Shown here: positions 25,478 to 34,240 of the stretch, in pieces
How the letters are laid out: the number at the start of each line of letters is the position of its first letter
Position numbering within the stretch: position 1 is the stretch's first letter
Source: Mageeibacillus sp. UBA5734
Lineage (GTDB): Bacteria > Bacillota > Clostridia > Saccharofermentanales > UBA5734
Direction: 5' to 3'
Length of the DNA: 64,000 bases
Assembly (NCBI GenBank): GCA_002419365.1
Contig: DIGA01000060.1
Coordinates: 3,499 to 67,498, forward strand
Notes under the pieces: generated by a model
What the model saw: only the letters and a program-made list of their open reading frames with translations
What the model was told of the DNA's origin: nothing
Databases searched by the model: none
Translations under genes and position numbers: made by a program

Positions 25478-26440
25478 CTAATCAAGAATCTTGCGCTCTT
25501 TTAGAAACTCGAGGGCGACCTCCTTGTGATCGCGCTGGTTGATATCGACTTCGTAATTGAGCTGGCGGATGGTTTCGATATCGATCTGGCCGGAGAGCTG
25601 GCTGAGAATGGTGTCGATGCCGGGAGCTTTTTCCAGGGCAGAGAGATTGACCGCATAGGCTGCTTCGAATGGTGGATACAAATTGCGGTCATCCTGGAGC
25701 CAGACGAGATCATAGGCAAAGATGCGTGCATCGCTGGAGTAGGCTACGCCGACGTCGACCTGCTGGTCGCGGATGGCCTGGTAGAGCAAATTGATCTGCA
25801 TCGTGACGGTTCTGGCAAAGGGATCCAGCTCGTAATGCTTGAGCAGGGGTTGGTAACCGTCGATGGCGCGGTCCATGTAGGCATCGTCCATACCAATGAC
25901 CAGGTCGGCCGAAAGGCCCTGCAAATCGCTGATTGTCTTGAGGTTGTACTGTTCGGCCATGGCACGACGGACGGTGATGGCGTAGGTGTTTTCATAGCCC
26001 AGGGGCTCCAGCCATTCGCGTTTCAAAGTTATGCGTGATTGATCGCGGACAAATTCAAATACAGATGCTGCATCACGCCATTTGGGGTCGTTGATATTTT
26101 CCACTTGTTTGACGATGTCCGGATGGAGCAAGCCAGATGCCCCGCCGGTGAAAAAGAGGCTGGCGATATCGACATCTCCGGTTTGCATCGCCTGGTCGAG
26201 GACCACAACGGAGCCCAGGCGGGGGACAACTTCGACTTCGTAATCACTCTGGTCTTCGATCAGTGCCTCTGCCATGTAGGCCAACGTAATGACCTCAGCA
26301 TAGTTCTGGGCCCCTACTTTCAGCGTAATTGTTTCGGATGTTTTCTGGCAGGCCGCCAGCGGAAGAGCCAGAATCAGGACTAGAACCAAAAGTGTTCGTG
26401 TTAAACAGGTGGTGCAGGTTTTAGTCTTTGTTGAACGCAT
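25478..26440 (-). CDS. Glycine betaine/choline/carnitine-type ABC substrate-binding lipoprotein (OpuC/OpuB-like)
   Basis: Lipobox LAAC. AAGGAGG RBS before the ATG at 26440. OpuCC-like body, last gene of the ATPase-permease-SBP operon. Confidence 0.8.
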   Translation of the reverse strand: MRSTKTKTCTTCLTRTLLVLVLILALPLAACQKTSETITLKVGAQNYAEVITLAYMAEALIEDQSDYEVEVVPRLGSVVVLDQAMQTGDVDIASLFFTGGASGLLHPDIVKQVENINDPKWRDAASVFEFVRDQSRITLKREWLEPLGYENTYAITVRRAMAEQYNLKTISDLQGLSADLVIGMDDAYMDRAIDGYQPLLKHYELDPFARTVTMQINLLYQAIRDQQVDVGVAYSSDARIFAYDLVWLQDDRNLYPPFEAAYAVNLSALEKAPGIDTILSQLSGQIDIETIRQLNYEVDINQRDHKEVALEFLKERKILD

Positions 26441-27095
26441 TTTTAACCTCCTTGACCCTTGTCTTGCGGATGTCACGAGGTGTCAGGATGGTCTCGAGCC
26501 GGCCCATCAGCAAATCGGCCAGCAAAGCCAGGCCTGCTGCCGGGATGGCCCCGCTCAAGATCAGGTTGTAATTGATGTTGGTCAGTCCTGCCCAGATGAG
26601 CTGGCCCAGCCCGCCACCACCAATGAAGGCAGCTAAGGTCGCCCAGCCGATCAGGATGACCAGGGTTGTCCGGATCCCAGCCAGGATGAAAGAAAATGCC
26701 AGGGGTAATTCGAGCTGGTAGAGGATCTGGAAGTCCTTAAGCCCCATGCCACGGGCAGCCTCGATCAGGGAAGGCTGGACTTGCTTGATCCCGGTGTAAG
26801 TGTTGCGCATGATCGGCATCAGGGCATAGAGGAACAAGGCGGCGATGGCCGGGCGATTGCCAATACCGAGGACAGGCAGCATGAAAGCCAGCAAAGCCAG
26901 GCTGGGAATGGTCATGATGACATTGCCCAGTCCCAGGACAGGTTTGGCCAGGTGTTCCTGCCGCGTCAAGAGAATCCCCAGTGGCACAGCCACCAGCAGA
27001 GCCAGAAACAAAGCAGATAGTGCAATCAGCACATGTTCCGCCGTCCGGGTGGCAATCCGGCCGATGTTGTTGATGAAAAATACGGCAAAGTCCAT
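26421..27095 (-). CDS. Osmoprotectant ABC transporter permease
   Basis: 224 aa and polytopic, with an EAA-type loop LIEAARGMGLKDFQILYQLELP. Overlaps the SBP gene start by 20 nt. Confidence 0.85.
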   Translation of the reverse strand: MDFAVFFINNIGRIATRTAEHVLIALSALFLALLVAVPLGILLTRQEHLAKPVLGLGNVIMTIPSLALLAFMLPVLGIGNRPAIAALFLYALMPIMRNTYTGIKQVQPSLIEAARGMGLKDFQILYQLELPLAFSFILAGIRTTLVILIGWATLAAFIGGGGLGQLIWAGLTNINYNLILSGAIPAAGLALLADLLMGRLETILTPRDIRKTRVKEVKNAFNKD

Positions 27096-27170
27096 GGTGA
27101 GCCTCCGGTGTTGTTGCTGTCACGGCTGTCTGCTGCCACGCGGGCAGCAAGGTCGGGCCTGATGCATCGA

Positions 27171-28277
27171 TCAGAGATAATCAAGCACAAAATTGACAAC
27201 ACGTGCCCGGGTGATGATCCCCTTGAGCCTGCCACTGTCACTGACGACCGGGACGAAGCGCACATTCTGTTCCACCATCAGCTGCACGGCGATTTTGACA
27301 CTGTCCGTTTCACCGACTGTAGGCCAGTCGACCATGATCTCCTGGAGGGTCTTTTTCTGTTTCAAGTTAGACTGAAGGGTGTTAACGTCGACCACACCCA
27401 GGAACTGGCGCTGATTGTCGATGATCAGCAAGCTGTCGACCCGCGCTTCACGCATGGCTTCGAGACCCAGGTGCAACCCCTTGCCAGCTTCCAGGCAAGC
27501 CGGGTTTTTCAACATGACTTCACGAGCCTGGACTTGGTCCGGTTTTCGAATCAATCGCTCCTCCCCAATGAAGGCACGGACAAAATCAGTGGCCGGTTGG
27601 CGCAGCAGGTCTTCTGGCGTGGCGGCCTGGACAATCTGTCCGTCCTTCATGATGACAATCCGGTCGGCAATTTTCAGGGCTTCATCCATGTCGTGCGTCA
27701 CAAAAAGGATCGTCTTGTTGACCTTCTGCTGCAAATTTTTCAACTCATCCTGCAGCTGGACCCGGGTAATCGGATCCAGTGCTCCGAAAGGTTCATCCAT
27801 CAGCATGACCTCAGGATCGGCAGCGAGTGCCCTCAGCACACCGATGCGCTGCTGCTGGCCGCCAGACAGTTCGCTTGGATAGCGGTTGCGGAAAACAGCC
27901 GGATCCATGTCCACCATGCGCAGCAGACGGTCAACAGTGTCCTTGATCTGATCATCCGGCCATTTTTTCAACAGCGGAACCGTTGCTATGTTACGGGCAA
28001 CCGTCTGGTGCGGAAATAGCGAGATATCCTGGATGACATAGCCGATCTGGCGGCGCAGTTCCACCGGATCCAGCTCGTCCGTATCCACCTCATTGATGTA
28101 AATTTTACCGGCTGTGGGCTGGATCAGGCGATTAACCATCTTCAACGTGGTCGTTTTGCCACAGCCGCTGGGACCAATCAAGACAACCAGCTCACCCTTG
28201 GCCACCGTCAGGGAAAAGCCATCAACCGCTTGTGTGTTGTTTGGATAGGTTTTACTGACCTCGACAAACGATACCAT
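27171..28277 (-). CDS. Osmoprotectant ABC transporter ATP-binding protein with tandem C-terminal CBS domains (OpuCA/ProV-like)
   Basis: Walker A GPSGCGKTT, signature LSGGQQQR, Walker B LMDEPFGALD, and a C-terminal ~120-aa CBS-pair-like region. AGAGGAG RBS favours the ATG at 28277. Confidence 0.85.
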   Translation of the reverse strand: MVSFVEVSKTYPNNTQAVDGFSLTVAKGELVVLIGPSGCGKTTTLKMVNRLIQPTAGKIYINEVDTDELDPVELRRQIGYVIQDISLFPHQTVARNIATVPLLKKWPDDQIKDTVDRLLRMVDMDPAVFRNRYPSELSGGQQQRIGVLRALAADPEVMLMDEPFGALDPITRVQLQDELKNLQQKVNKTILFVTHDMDEALKIADRIVIMKDGQIVQAATPEDLLRQPATDFVRAFIGEERLIRKPDQVQAREVMLKNPACLEAGKGLHLGLEAMREARVDSLLIIDNQRQFLGVVDVNTLQSNLKQKKTLQEIMVDWPTVGETDSVKIAVQLMVEQNVRFVPVVSDSGRLKGIITRARVVNFVLDYL

Positions 28278-28401
28278 GTCAGACTCCTCTGCCATCGTCA
28301 TTTGAGTGCAATGGTGCCGCCATTTTCGGGCAGCACGTTCAATCGAGAGGTCACATCACACTATCATTATTGAAAGATTTAGCACTAATCTATGTATCGC
28401 A

Positions 28402-28423
28402 GGGTACAAACGGGGTACAAACG
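28402..28423 (+). repeat. Perfect tandem duplication of the 11-mer GGGTACAAACG
   Basis: Read directly. It abuts the 31-bp palindrome. Confidence 0.9.
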
Positions 28424-28453
28424 CCGAATTTGGGACGGCGTCCCAAATTCGGC
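28423..28453. repeat. 31-bp palindromic element, copy 2 (GCCGAATTTGGGACG G CGTCCCAAATTCGGC), perfect arms
   Basis: Lies in the divergent opu / nfeD promoter region, ending 3 nt before the TGgTATAAT box. Confidence 0.85.
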
Positions 28454-28456
28454 AGG

Positions 28457-28465
28457 TGGTATAAT
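28457..28465 (+). promoter_or_regulatory. Extended -10 element (TGgTATAAT) upstream of nfeD
   Basis: Read directly, 42 nt upstream of the nfeD ATG. Confidence 0.5.
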
Positions 28466-28506
28466 GAAACCAGTTGGCAGGCCTTATGCTCCGAGAGGTG
28501 TGTGCT

Positions 28507-29853
28507 ATGTCAATTCAAAACACTCATTCCATGTTTGCTTTTGTGGCGGCCCTTCTGCTGTGCCTTAGTCTGGTTTTCGCCGTTTTTTTGCCTGTCAGGG
28601 CAGCTGAGTCCAATCCTGAAATCATGACGATCCAAGTGGAGGGAACCATTACATCTGGTACCACGGCTTCAATTCGCCGTGGTTTAAATCAAGCACGCGA
28701 GCAAGGCTATGCAGCGGTTGTGCTCTTGATCAATACACCCGGCGGTCTGGTCACAGCGACGCTGGATAGTGTTGCAGATCTGTTGAATGCAAAAGTACCG
28801 GTCATCACATATGTATCCCCCATGGGTGCGATTGCCGCTTCGGCGGGTTCATTCATCTTGCTTGCCGGGCATGTGGCAGCAATGTCACCCGGCACGACAT
28901 GTGGGGCAGCCATGCCGGTCCAGATCAATCCAGAGGCCGGTACAACCCAGGCTGCAGAAGATAAGACCATCCAGTTCCTGGCTGGCCATATGCGCAGCAT
29001 AGCAGAAACACGCGGCCACTCCCCTGAAATTGCGGAAAAATTCGTCACGGAAAGCTTGACTCTGGATGCGTCAGAAGCCCTTGAGCAGGGCGTGATCGAC
29101 CGGATCGAACCTGATTTGGCCACCCTTCTCAACCATATCCACGGAACTGAAGTCACCGTTCTGGGACAGTCCGTGTATTTGAACACCTTCAATGCCACCA
29201 TCCAGCCGCTGGAAATGAAGTTCGTCGAAAAAATGACCAGTCTGCTCAGTGATCCGCAGATGGCCTATATCCTGATGCTTCTGGGCATCTATGGCCTGAT
29301 CATTGGTTTTGGTGCCCCGGAAACCTATGTACCGGAAGTGCTTGGGGTGATCAGCCTGGCATTGGGTCTGTATGGTCTGGGGCTTTTTGAGACGAATCTC
29401 TTTGCCGGTATCCTGCTGATCCTGGGCATTGGCCTCCTGGTGGCGGAAGTCCTGACACCCACTTATGGGATCCTGACTTTTGGGGGACTGGTCTGCCTGG
29501 TCCTGGGAACCTTGTTCTTGCCGGCCGAACCCTTGATGCCGCAAAATTGGCTGATCCGCTTCCGTTTCCTGGCAACCGGGGTCAGTGCAGCCGGGGGAAT
29601 CTTCATGGTTATTGCGATGAGGGCAATCTTGCGGATCAGGCGACGCAAAGCCAGCCAGGGGGCCAGTGAATTTGACGGCCGGATGGCTCGAGTCGTCGAA
29701 ACGCTCAACCCGGAAGGTCAAGTGATGATTGCCGGTGAAATCTGGCGTGCCGTCAGCCTGGACGGCTGTGCCATCGAGACAGGCCAGATCGTCCAGGTTA
29801 TTGATCGCCAAGGTCTTGTTGTCCGAGTCCAGGCGGTTCATAAGGAGGAATAA
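28507..29853 (+). CDS. NfeD-family membrane-bound ClpP-class serine protease (long form with C-terminal OB domain)
   Basis: Signal/TM, then a ClpP-like domain (VVLLINTPGGLV ... GAIAASAGSFILLAG), four TM helices and a C-terminal NfeD beta-barrel. Immediately followed by the stomatin gene. Confidence 0.85.
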   Translation: MSIQNTHSMFAFVAALLLCLSLVFAVFLPVRAAESNPEIMTIQVEGTITSGTTASIRRGLNQAREQGYAAVVLLINTPGGLVTATLDSVADLLNAKVPVITYVSPMGAIAASAGSFILLAGHVAAMSPGTTCGAAMPVQINPEAGTTQAAEDKTIQFLAGHMRSIAETRGHSPEIAEKFVTESLTLDASEALEQGVIDRIEPDLATLLNHIHGTEVTVLGQSVYLNTFNATIQPLEMKFVEKMTSLLSDPQMAYILMLLGIYGLIIGFGAPETYVPEVLGVISLALGLYGLGLFETNLFAGILLILGIGLLVAEVLTPTYGILTFGGLVCLVLGTLFLPAEPLMPQNWLIRFRFLATGVSAAGGIFMVIAMRAILRIRRRKASQGASEFDGRMARVVETLNPEGQVMIAGEIWRAVSLDGCAIETGQIVQVIDRQGLVVRVQAVHKEE

Positions 29854-29856
29854 GCC

Positions 29857-30666
29857 ATGCTGTTTTTTTTGAATGAGTGGTTTCTGGCGACTGCCGGTGT
29901 CGTGCTTGTCACGATCATGGTCCTATCCCGGGCGATCCGGATCATCATGGAATACGAACGTGGTGTCCTGTTCCGTCTAGGCCGTTGTGTGGGAGTCCGT
30001 GGCCCCGGACTGATCCTGATCATCCCGATTGTAGACCGCATTGTCAAAGTGTCGCTCCGGACGATTGTGTTTGATGTGCCACCCCAGGAAGTCATCACGA
30101 AAGACAATGTCACGTGCACGGTCAATGCCGTGCTGTATTATCGCGCTGTGGAGCCGGAAAAGGTCGTGGTCAATGTTGAACGCTTTCATGAGGCAACGAG
30201 CCAGTACGCCCAGACGACCTTGCGCAGTGTCGCCGGCCAGGCAGAGCTCGATGAGTTGTTATCTGAGCGTGAAAAGCTGAACAGAATCATCCAGAAAATT
30301 GTCGATGAAGCGACCGATCCCTGGGGTATCAAGGTCACGGCTGTTGAAATCAAGGATGTCATCCTGCCTACTGACATGCAGCGTGCCATCGCCCGGCAGG
30401 CTCAGGCTGAACGGGACCGGCGCGCGATCGTTATCCAGGCTGAAGGTGAAAAACAGGCCGCAGAAAAACTGGCCGAGGCGACTGCCATCCTGACCGCTCA
30501 AGAAGGGGCGATGACCTTGCGCATGCTGCGGACTTTGTCGGAAATAGCCGATTCCAAATCGACGACAATCCTCTTCCCTTTGCCAGTGGAACTGAGAAAA
30601 CTGTTACCCGATCTGGAAAAAACGATCCATTCATTAAACAAAGATCCCGGTCAGAAGGAAAGCTGA
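29857..30666 (+). CDS. SPFH / stomatin-family (band 7) protein
   Basis: N-terminal hairpin helix and SPFH core ([14 protein letters not shown] ... TKDNV ... ) with a coiled-coil AQAERDRRA tail. AAGGAGG RBS. Confidence 0.9.
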   Translation: MLFFLNEWFLATAGVVLVTIMVLSRAIRIIMEYERGVLFRLGRCVGVRGPGLILIIPIVDRIVKVSLRTIVFDVPPQEVITKDNVTCTVNAVLYYRAVEPEKVVVNVERFHEATSQYAQTTLRSVAGQAELDELLSEREKLNRIIQKIVDEATDPWGIKVTAVEIKDVILPTDMQRAIARQAQAERDRRAIVIQAEGEKQAAEKLAEATAILTAQEGAMTLRMLRTLSEIADSKSTTILFPLPVELRKLLPDLEKTIHSLNKDPGQKES

Positions 30667-30710
30667 GGTCAAAGGCTACGAGTCTAACAATAGATCTGCC
30701 GAAGCTGTTG

Positions 30711-31190
30711 TCAGGGTTGAGCCAGCAACTTTTCCTTTCCACCGAGAAAATCAACCAGCATCGCTGGATCGAGCCGGTAATGGGAACCGATTCCCTCATA
30801 GAAACCGTGAGCTTCGATCATGTGGAGGTTAAGATCGGACCAGGCCATGGTCTGGCCAGTGGCCAGGTTCCTTACGGTCGTGATCCGTTTCTCAGCTTTG
30901 AAATTGTCGCGGAAGGGACAGGGCAGGCGGCCCATGAATTCGTCATCGGTGGCTTCGTAAAGGCCATCGAGTTCGACCGGTTTGCCGAGGCCGGTTTTCG
31001 CCGCCTCAGTCAGGCGGCGCATGGCTGCGGCGATGCTCTGATGCGTCACGCCCAGGCGCCGGACCGTTTGCTGGTCGGCCTGGATAATATCGGACAGGCT
31101 ACGGTCATCCGTGCCGATAAAACCTTCGGCGGAGAGAGATCCGGGTTTCATCGCTTCCTGAATATCCTGGAGATTAGGACTTTGTTTCAT
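30711..31190 (-). CDS. Hypothetical protein (159 aa) co-transcribed downstream of nqrF
   Basis: GGAGGTG RBS upstream of the ATG at 31190, 31 bp after the nqrF stop. Protein-like composition, unlike the overlapping + strand ORF. No motif I recognise. Confidence 0.6.
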   Translation of the reverse strand: MKQSPNLQDIQEAMKPGSLSAEGFIGTDDRSLSDIIQADQQTVRRLGVTHQSIAAAMRRLTEAAKTGLGKPVELDGLYEATDDEFMGRLPCPFRDNFKAEKRITTVRNLATGQTMAWSDLNLHMIEAHGFYEGIGSHYRLDPAMLVDFLGGKEKLLAQP

Positions 31191-31221
31191 CGCGCTGCAC
31201 CTCCGTGCTCATCCATGCCAA

Positions 31222-32322
31222 TCAGGCGAATTTGTCGTAGTAGATACGGTCTTCGGTCACACCGTTCTTAGTCAGGACCTGAATACAGGCATTGATCATG
31301 CCCGGGCTACCACACAGGTAGGCTTCCTTGCCTTCGCCGCTGCCGATATGACGGCCCACCACATCAGTGATCAGGCCAACCTCCCCTTCCCAGTTATCTT
31401 CCGGCAGTGGTTTGGACAAGGCCGGGACGAAGTGGAAATTGGGGTGGCGCGCCTCGAGTCCGTAGAGTTCGTCCAGATTGAACAGATCCCGTTTTGTGAC
31501 AGCACCAAAGAAGAAAGTCATGTCCAAGTCGAGCTCTTTTTCCAGGATATCAAGGACGAGCGAGCGGATCGGCGCCAGGCCGGAGCCACCAGCGATCATG
31601 ATCAGGTTGCGGTTTTCACCATGCAGGTGGAATTCGCCATAGGGACCGCTGATGGTGACCGGATCACCTTCCTTGAGCATGGTATGGACATAAGTCGAGC
31701 ACAAGCCCTCCGGAACCTGGCGGATGATCAACTCGATCGCCTGGTTGTCAGACGGTGCCGAGGAAATCGAATAGGCGCGGAAGACGCTTTCCTTGACTTT
31801 GGCGTAGGGCTTGGAATAGAAATTGACATATTGGCCGGCTTTGAACGTGATTGTTTCACCCGGTGGCAATTTGAGGCGCAGGCCCTTGATGTCGTGCGTA
31901 CACTGGGTGATCGATTCGATCGTGGTGTTGAACTCGCGGATATTGAACAACTCATCCGGCACTTCGATCTCGAGGTTGCCCTTGACCTTGACTTGGCAAG
32001 CCATGCGATAGCCCTGCTGGCGCTGCTGGGTATTGAGATAAGGTTCCTCGGTCGGAAGCAACGGTCCGGCGCCGGATTTGACAATCACTTTGCACAGGCC
32101 GCAAGTTGCCTTGCCACCGCAGGCCGAGGGAATGAAAATTTTCTGCGCTGCCAGCGAGCTTAACAGGGTCGAGCCCCCTTCAACTTTGAGGACCTTCTGG
32201 CCGTTGTTGATATTGATCTCGCATTCGCCGTAGTTGTTAAGAAAATGTTCTGCCAGAATGATGACCAGAGCCAGGACTCCGGATATCGCACTGACACTGA
32301 GGATGGTCGTCAAGATTGCCAT
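31222..32322 (-). CDS. nqrF: NqrF-type subunit: TM helix + 2Fe-2S ferredoxin + FAD/NADH oxidoreductase
   Basis: CGGKATCGLCKV...MACQVKV 2Fe-2S pattern, RAYSISS FAD motif, MIAGGSGLAP NAD(H) motif. AGGTGA RBS before the ATG at 32322; a GTG at 32331 is an alternative. Confidence 0.85.
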   Translation of the reverse strand: MAILTTILSVSAISGVLALVIILAEHFLNNYGECEININNGQKVLKVEGGSTLLSSLAAQKIFIPSACGGKATCGLCKVIVKSGAGPLLPTEEPYLNTQQRQQGYRMACQVKVKGNLEIEVPDELFNIREFNTTIESITQCTHDIKGLRLKLPPGETITFKAGQYVNFYSKPYAKVKESVFRAYSISSAPSDNQAIELIIRQVPEGLCSTYVHTMLKEGDPVTISGPYGEFHLHGENRNLIMIAGGSGLAPIRSLVLDILEKELDLDMTFFFGAVTKRDLFNLDELYGLEARHPNFHFVPALSKPLPEDNWEGEVGLITDVVGRHIGSGEGKEAYLCGSPGMINACIQVLTKNGVTEDRIYYDKFA

Positions 32323-32395
32323 GCCTGTCACCTGCTTTCAGAGGCGGCCTTGCTATGAGGCCGTCGTTGGATGTGGCCAATGGGTTGCGCGGATT

Positions 32396-32992
32396 TCAGG
32401 AAATGGTGAATATGCCGGAAAATCCGATAAAAGCCAGGGCCATGATACCTGTGATGATAAAGGAAATCCCCGGGCCTTCCAGCCCGCGGGGCAGTTTGGT
32501 CTTGGCCATTTTCTCCCGGATCGCCGCCAGGGCAATGATCGCCAGCCACCAGCCTATACCGCTGCCAATCCCGAAGAAAATCGACTGGACGAAGCTGTAC
32601 TGGCGGATCACCATGAACAATGTGATGCCGAGGATGGCGCAATTGACAGTGATCAGGGGCAGGAAAATGCCCAATTTGATGTGCAGGTCGGGCAGGAAGC
32701 GATCCATGACCATTTCAATGATCTGGACCAGGGCAGCAATGACCATGATGAAGATGATGTACTGCAGGTAGACCAGGTCAAGCGGCACGATCACGTAGCG
32801 GTAGACCAGGTAATTGATCGCTGTGGTGAAGACCATGACCAGGGTCACGGCCTTGCCCAGGCCGGAAGCGGTTTTGAATTCGCTGGACACCGACAGGTAG
32901 GAGCACATGCCGAGGAAATTCGACAGGATCATGTTGCTGGTCAAAATGGAGGCGAAAAAAATCACCAGGGGATTGATCTGCTGGATGGTCAT
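32396..32992 (-). CDS. nqrE: NqrE/RnfA-type membrane subunit
   Basis: 198 aa with six TM helices and the conserved NFLGMCSYL motif containing the Fe-ligand Cys. Confidence 0.85.
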   Translation of the reverse strand: MTIQQINPLVIFFASILTSNMILSNFLGMCSYLSVSSEFKTASGLGKAVTLVMVFTTAINYLVYRYVIVPLDLVYLQYIIFIMVIAALVQIIEMVMDRFLPDLHIKLGIFLPLITVNCAILGITLFMVIRQYSFVQSIFFGIGSGIGWWLAIIALAAIREKMAKTKLPRGLEGPGISFIITGIMALAFIGFSGIFTIS

Positions 32993-33615
32993 GGTTTTTT
33001 CCCTCCTGGCTTGGTGCTGGCTTTGGCTGCCGCACGGTTGGACGTGAACCAGATCAGCGAGCCGATGATAAAAAACGCTGCCGGCGGCATAACCATGATT
33101 GTCCAGGTGTCAAAGCCAATGAAATTGACATTGAAGCCAAACAGGGTGCCGAAGCCGAGGAGTTCGCGGATAAATGAGATGATCAGGAGCACTCCGGTGT
33201 AGCCGATGCCAGCGAACAAACCATCAAGCATGGAGATCAGGGGTGGGTTTTTCTGGGCGTAGGCTTCGGCCCGTCCCATGATGATGCAGTTGGTGATGAT
33301 CAGGCCGACATAAGGTCCGAGGGCCTTGCTGATGTCGGGCAGGGTTGCTTTGATGAAGATATCGACAAGGATGACGTAAGCTGCGATGACCAGGGTCTGG
33401 ACGATCATGCGGATGCGGTGGGGGATCCAGTTGCGCATCAGTGACAAGGTCAGGCTGGATAGTGCGGTCGTAAACGTCAGACCAAGACCCATGATCAGGG
33501 AGTTAAACATCAGGTTGGTGACGGCCAGGCTCGAGCAAATGCCAAGAATCTGGCGCAAAACCTGGTTTTCCTTCCAAGTGTTTCTCGCTATGACTTGCTT
33601 GAATGATTCATTCAC
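32989..33615 (-). CDS. nqrD: NqrD/RnfE-type membrane subunit
   Basis: 208 aa with the QILGICSSLAVT motif. 4-nt overlap with nqrE. Confidence 0.85.
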   Translation of the reverse strand: MNESFKQVIARNTWKENQVLRQILGICSSLAVTNLMFNSLIMGLGLTFTTALSSLTLSLMRNWIPHRIRMIVQTLVIAAYVILVDIFIKATLPDISKALGPYVGLIITNCIIMGRAEAYAQKNPPLISMLDGLFAGIGYTGVLLIISFIRELLGFGTLFGFNVNFIGFDTWTIMVMPPAAFFIIGSLIWFTSNRAAAKASTKPGGKKP

Positions 33616-34240
33616 CGGACATCACCTCCAGCTGGCTGACAGTCTCGTCGAGCAGTTGATTGAGCATTTTCAAAACCGCATTGGAAGTGGAGGTCGCACC
33701 GGTAACAGCATCGATCTCCTGGCCACCGCTGGCGCCAAACGCCAGTTCCTGGCCGGGCTGGATCGGCAAGCCCCGGAACTGGTCGCGGAAAACAGGTTCC
33801 TCGATCCGGCCGCCCAGGCCAGGGGTTTCATTTTGCTGTGTGAAAACCAGGCCGAGGATTTTCGTGTGGTCTGGGCTGATGCCCAGGTAGCCTTCGATGA
33901 TTCCCCACAATCCTGGCCCGGCAAAGGGGACAGCGTACCCCAGGACCTTGCCGCCGGAGTCGACTTGGGCATAGAGCGTCAGCTCACCGGCCTCGACGGT
34001 GCGGATCGACTGGTCGAAGCGGCTGAAGACTTCCGCTGCCGATCCGGTCGTGTCGAGGGCAAAAACATCCAGGATCGCCCGCCGCTCGGCGAGCAGGGCA
34101 TTTTCCTCGATCATGGGCAAGGCGGCTGCGTTGGCGGCCGCCAGGATGGCGGTAAAGACGATGCTGACTACCAGAATGAACGCAACGGTGTAAGCATAGT
34201 TTTTTAATTTGCTCTTGCTTTTCTTTTCATCCGTGCTCAT
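33608..34240 (-). CDS. nqrC: NqrC/RnfG-type FMN-binding subunit
   Basis: N-terminal TM anchor and the covalent-FMN motif DAVTGATSTS near the C-terminus. Confidence 0.8.
   Translation of the reverse strand: MSTDEKKSKSKLKNYAYTVAFILVVSIVFTAILAAANAAALPMIEENALLAERRAILDVFALDTTGSAAEVFSRFDQSIRTVEAGELTLYAQVDSGGKVLGYAVPFAGPGLWGIIEGYLGISPDHTKILGLVFTQQNETPGLGGRIEEPVFRDQFRGLPIQPGQELAFGASGGQEIDAVTGATSTSNAVLKMLNQLLDETVSQLEVMSGE

Noticed and set aside
30708-31271. 187-aa + strand ORF overlapping the 159-aa minus-strand ORF
   Set aside because: It has no RBS, would run antisense into nqrF, and has a shadow-like composition. The minus-strand ORF has a GGAGGTG RBS and sits in operon position.
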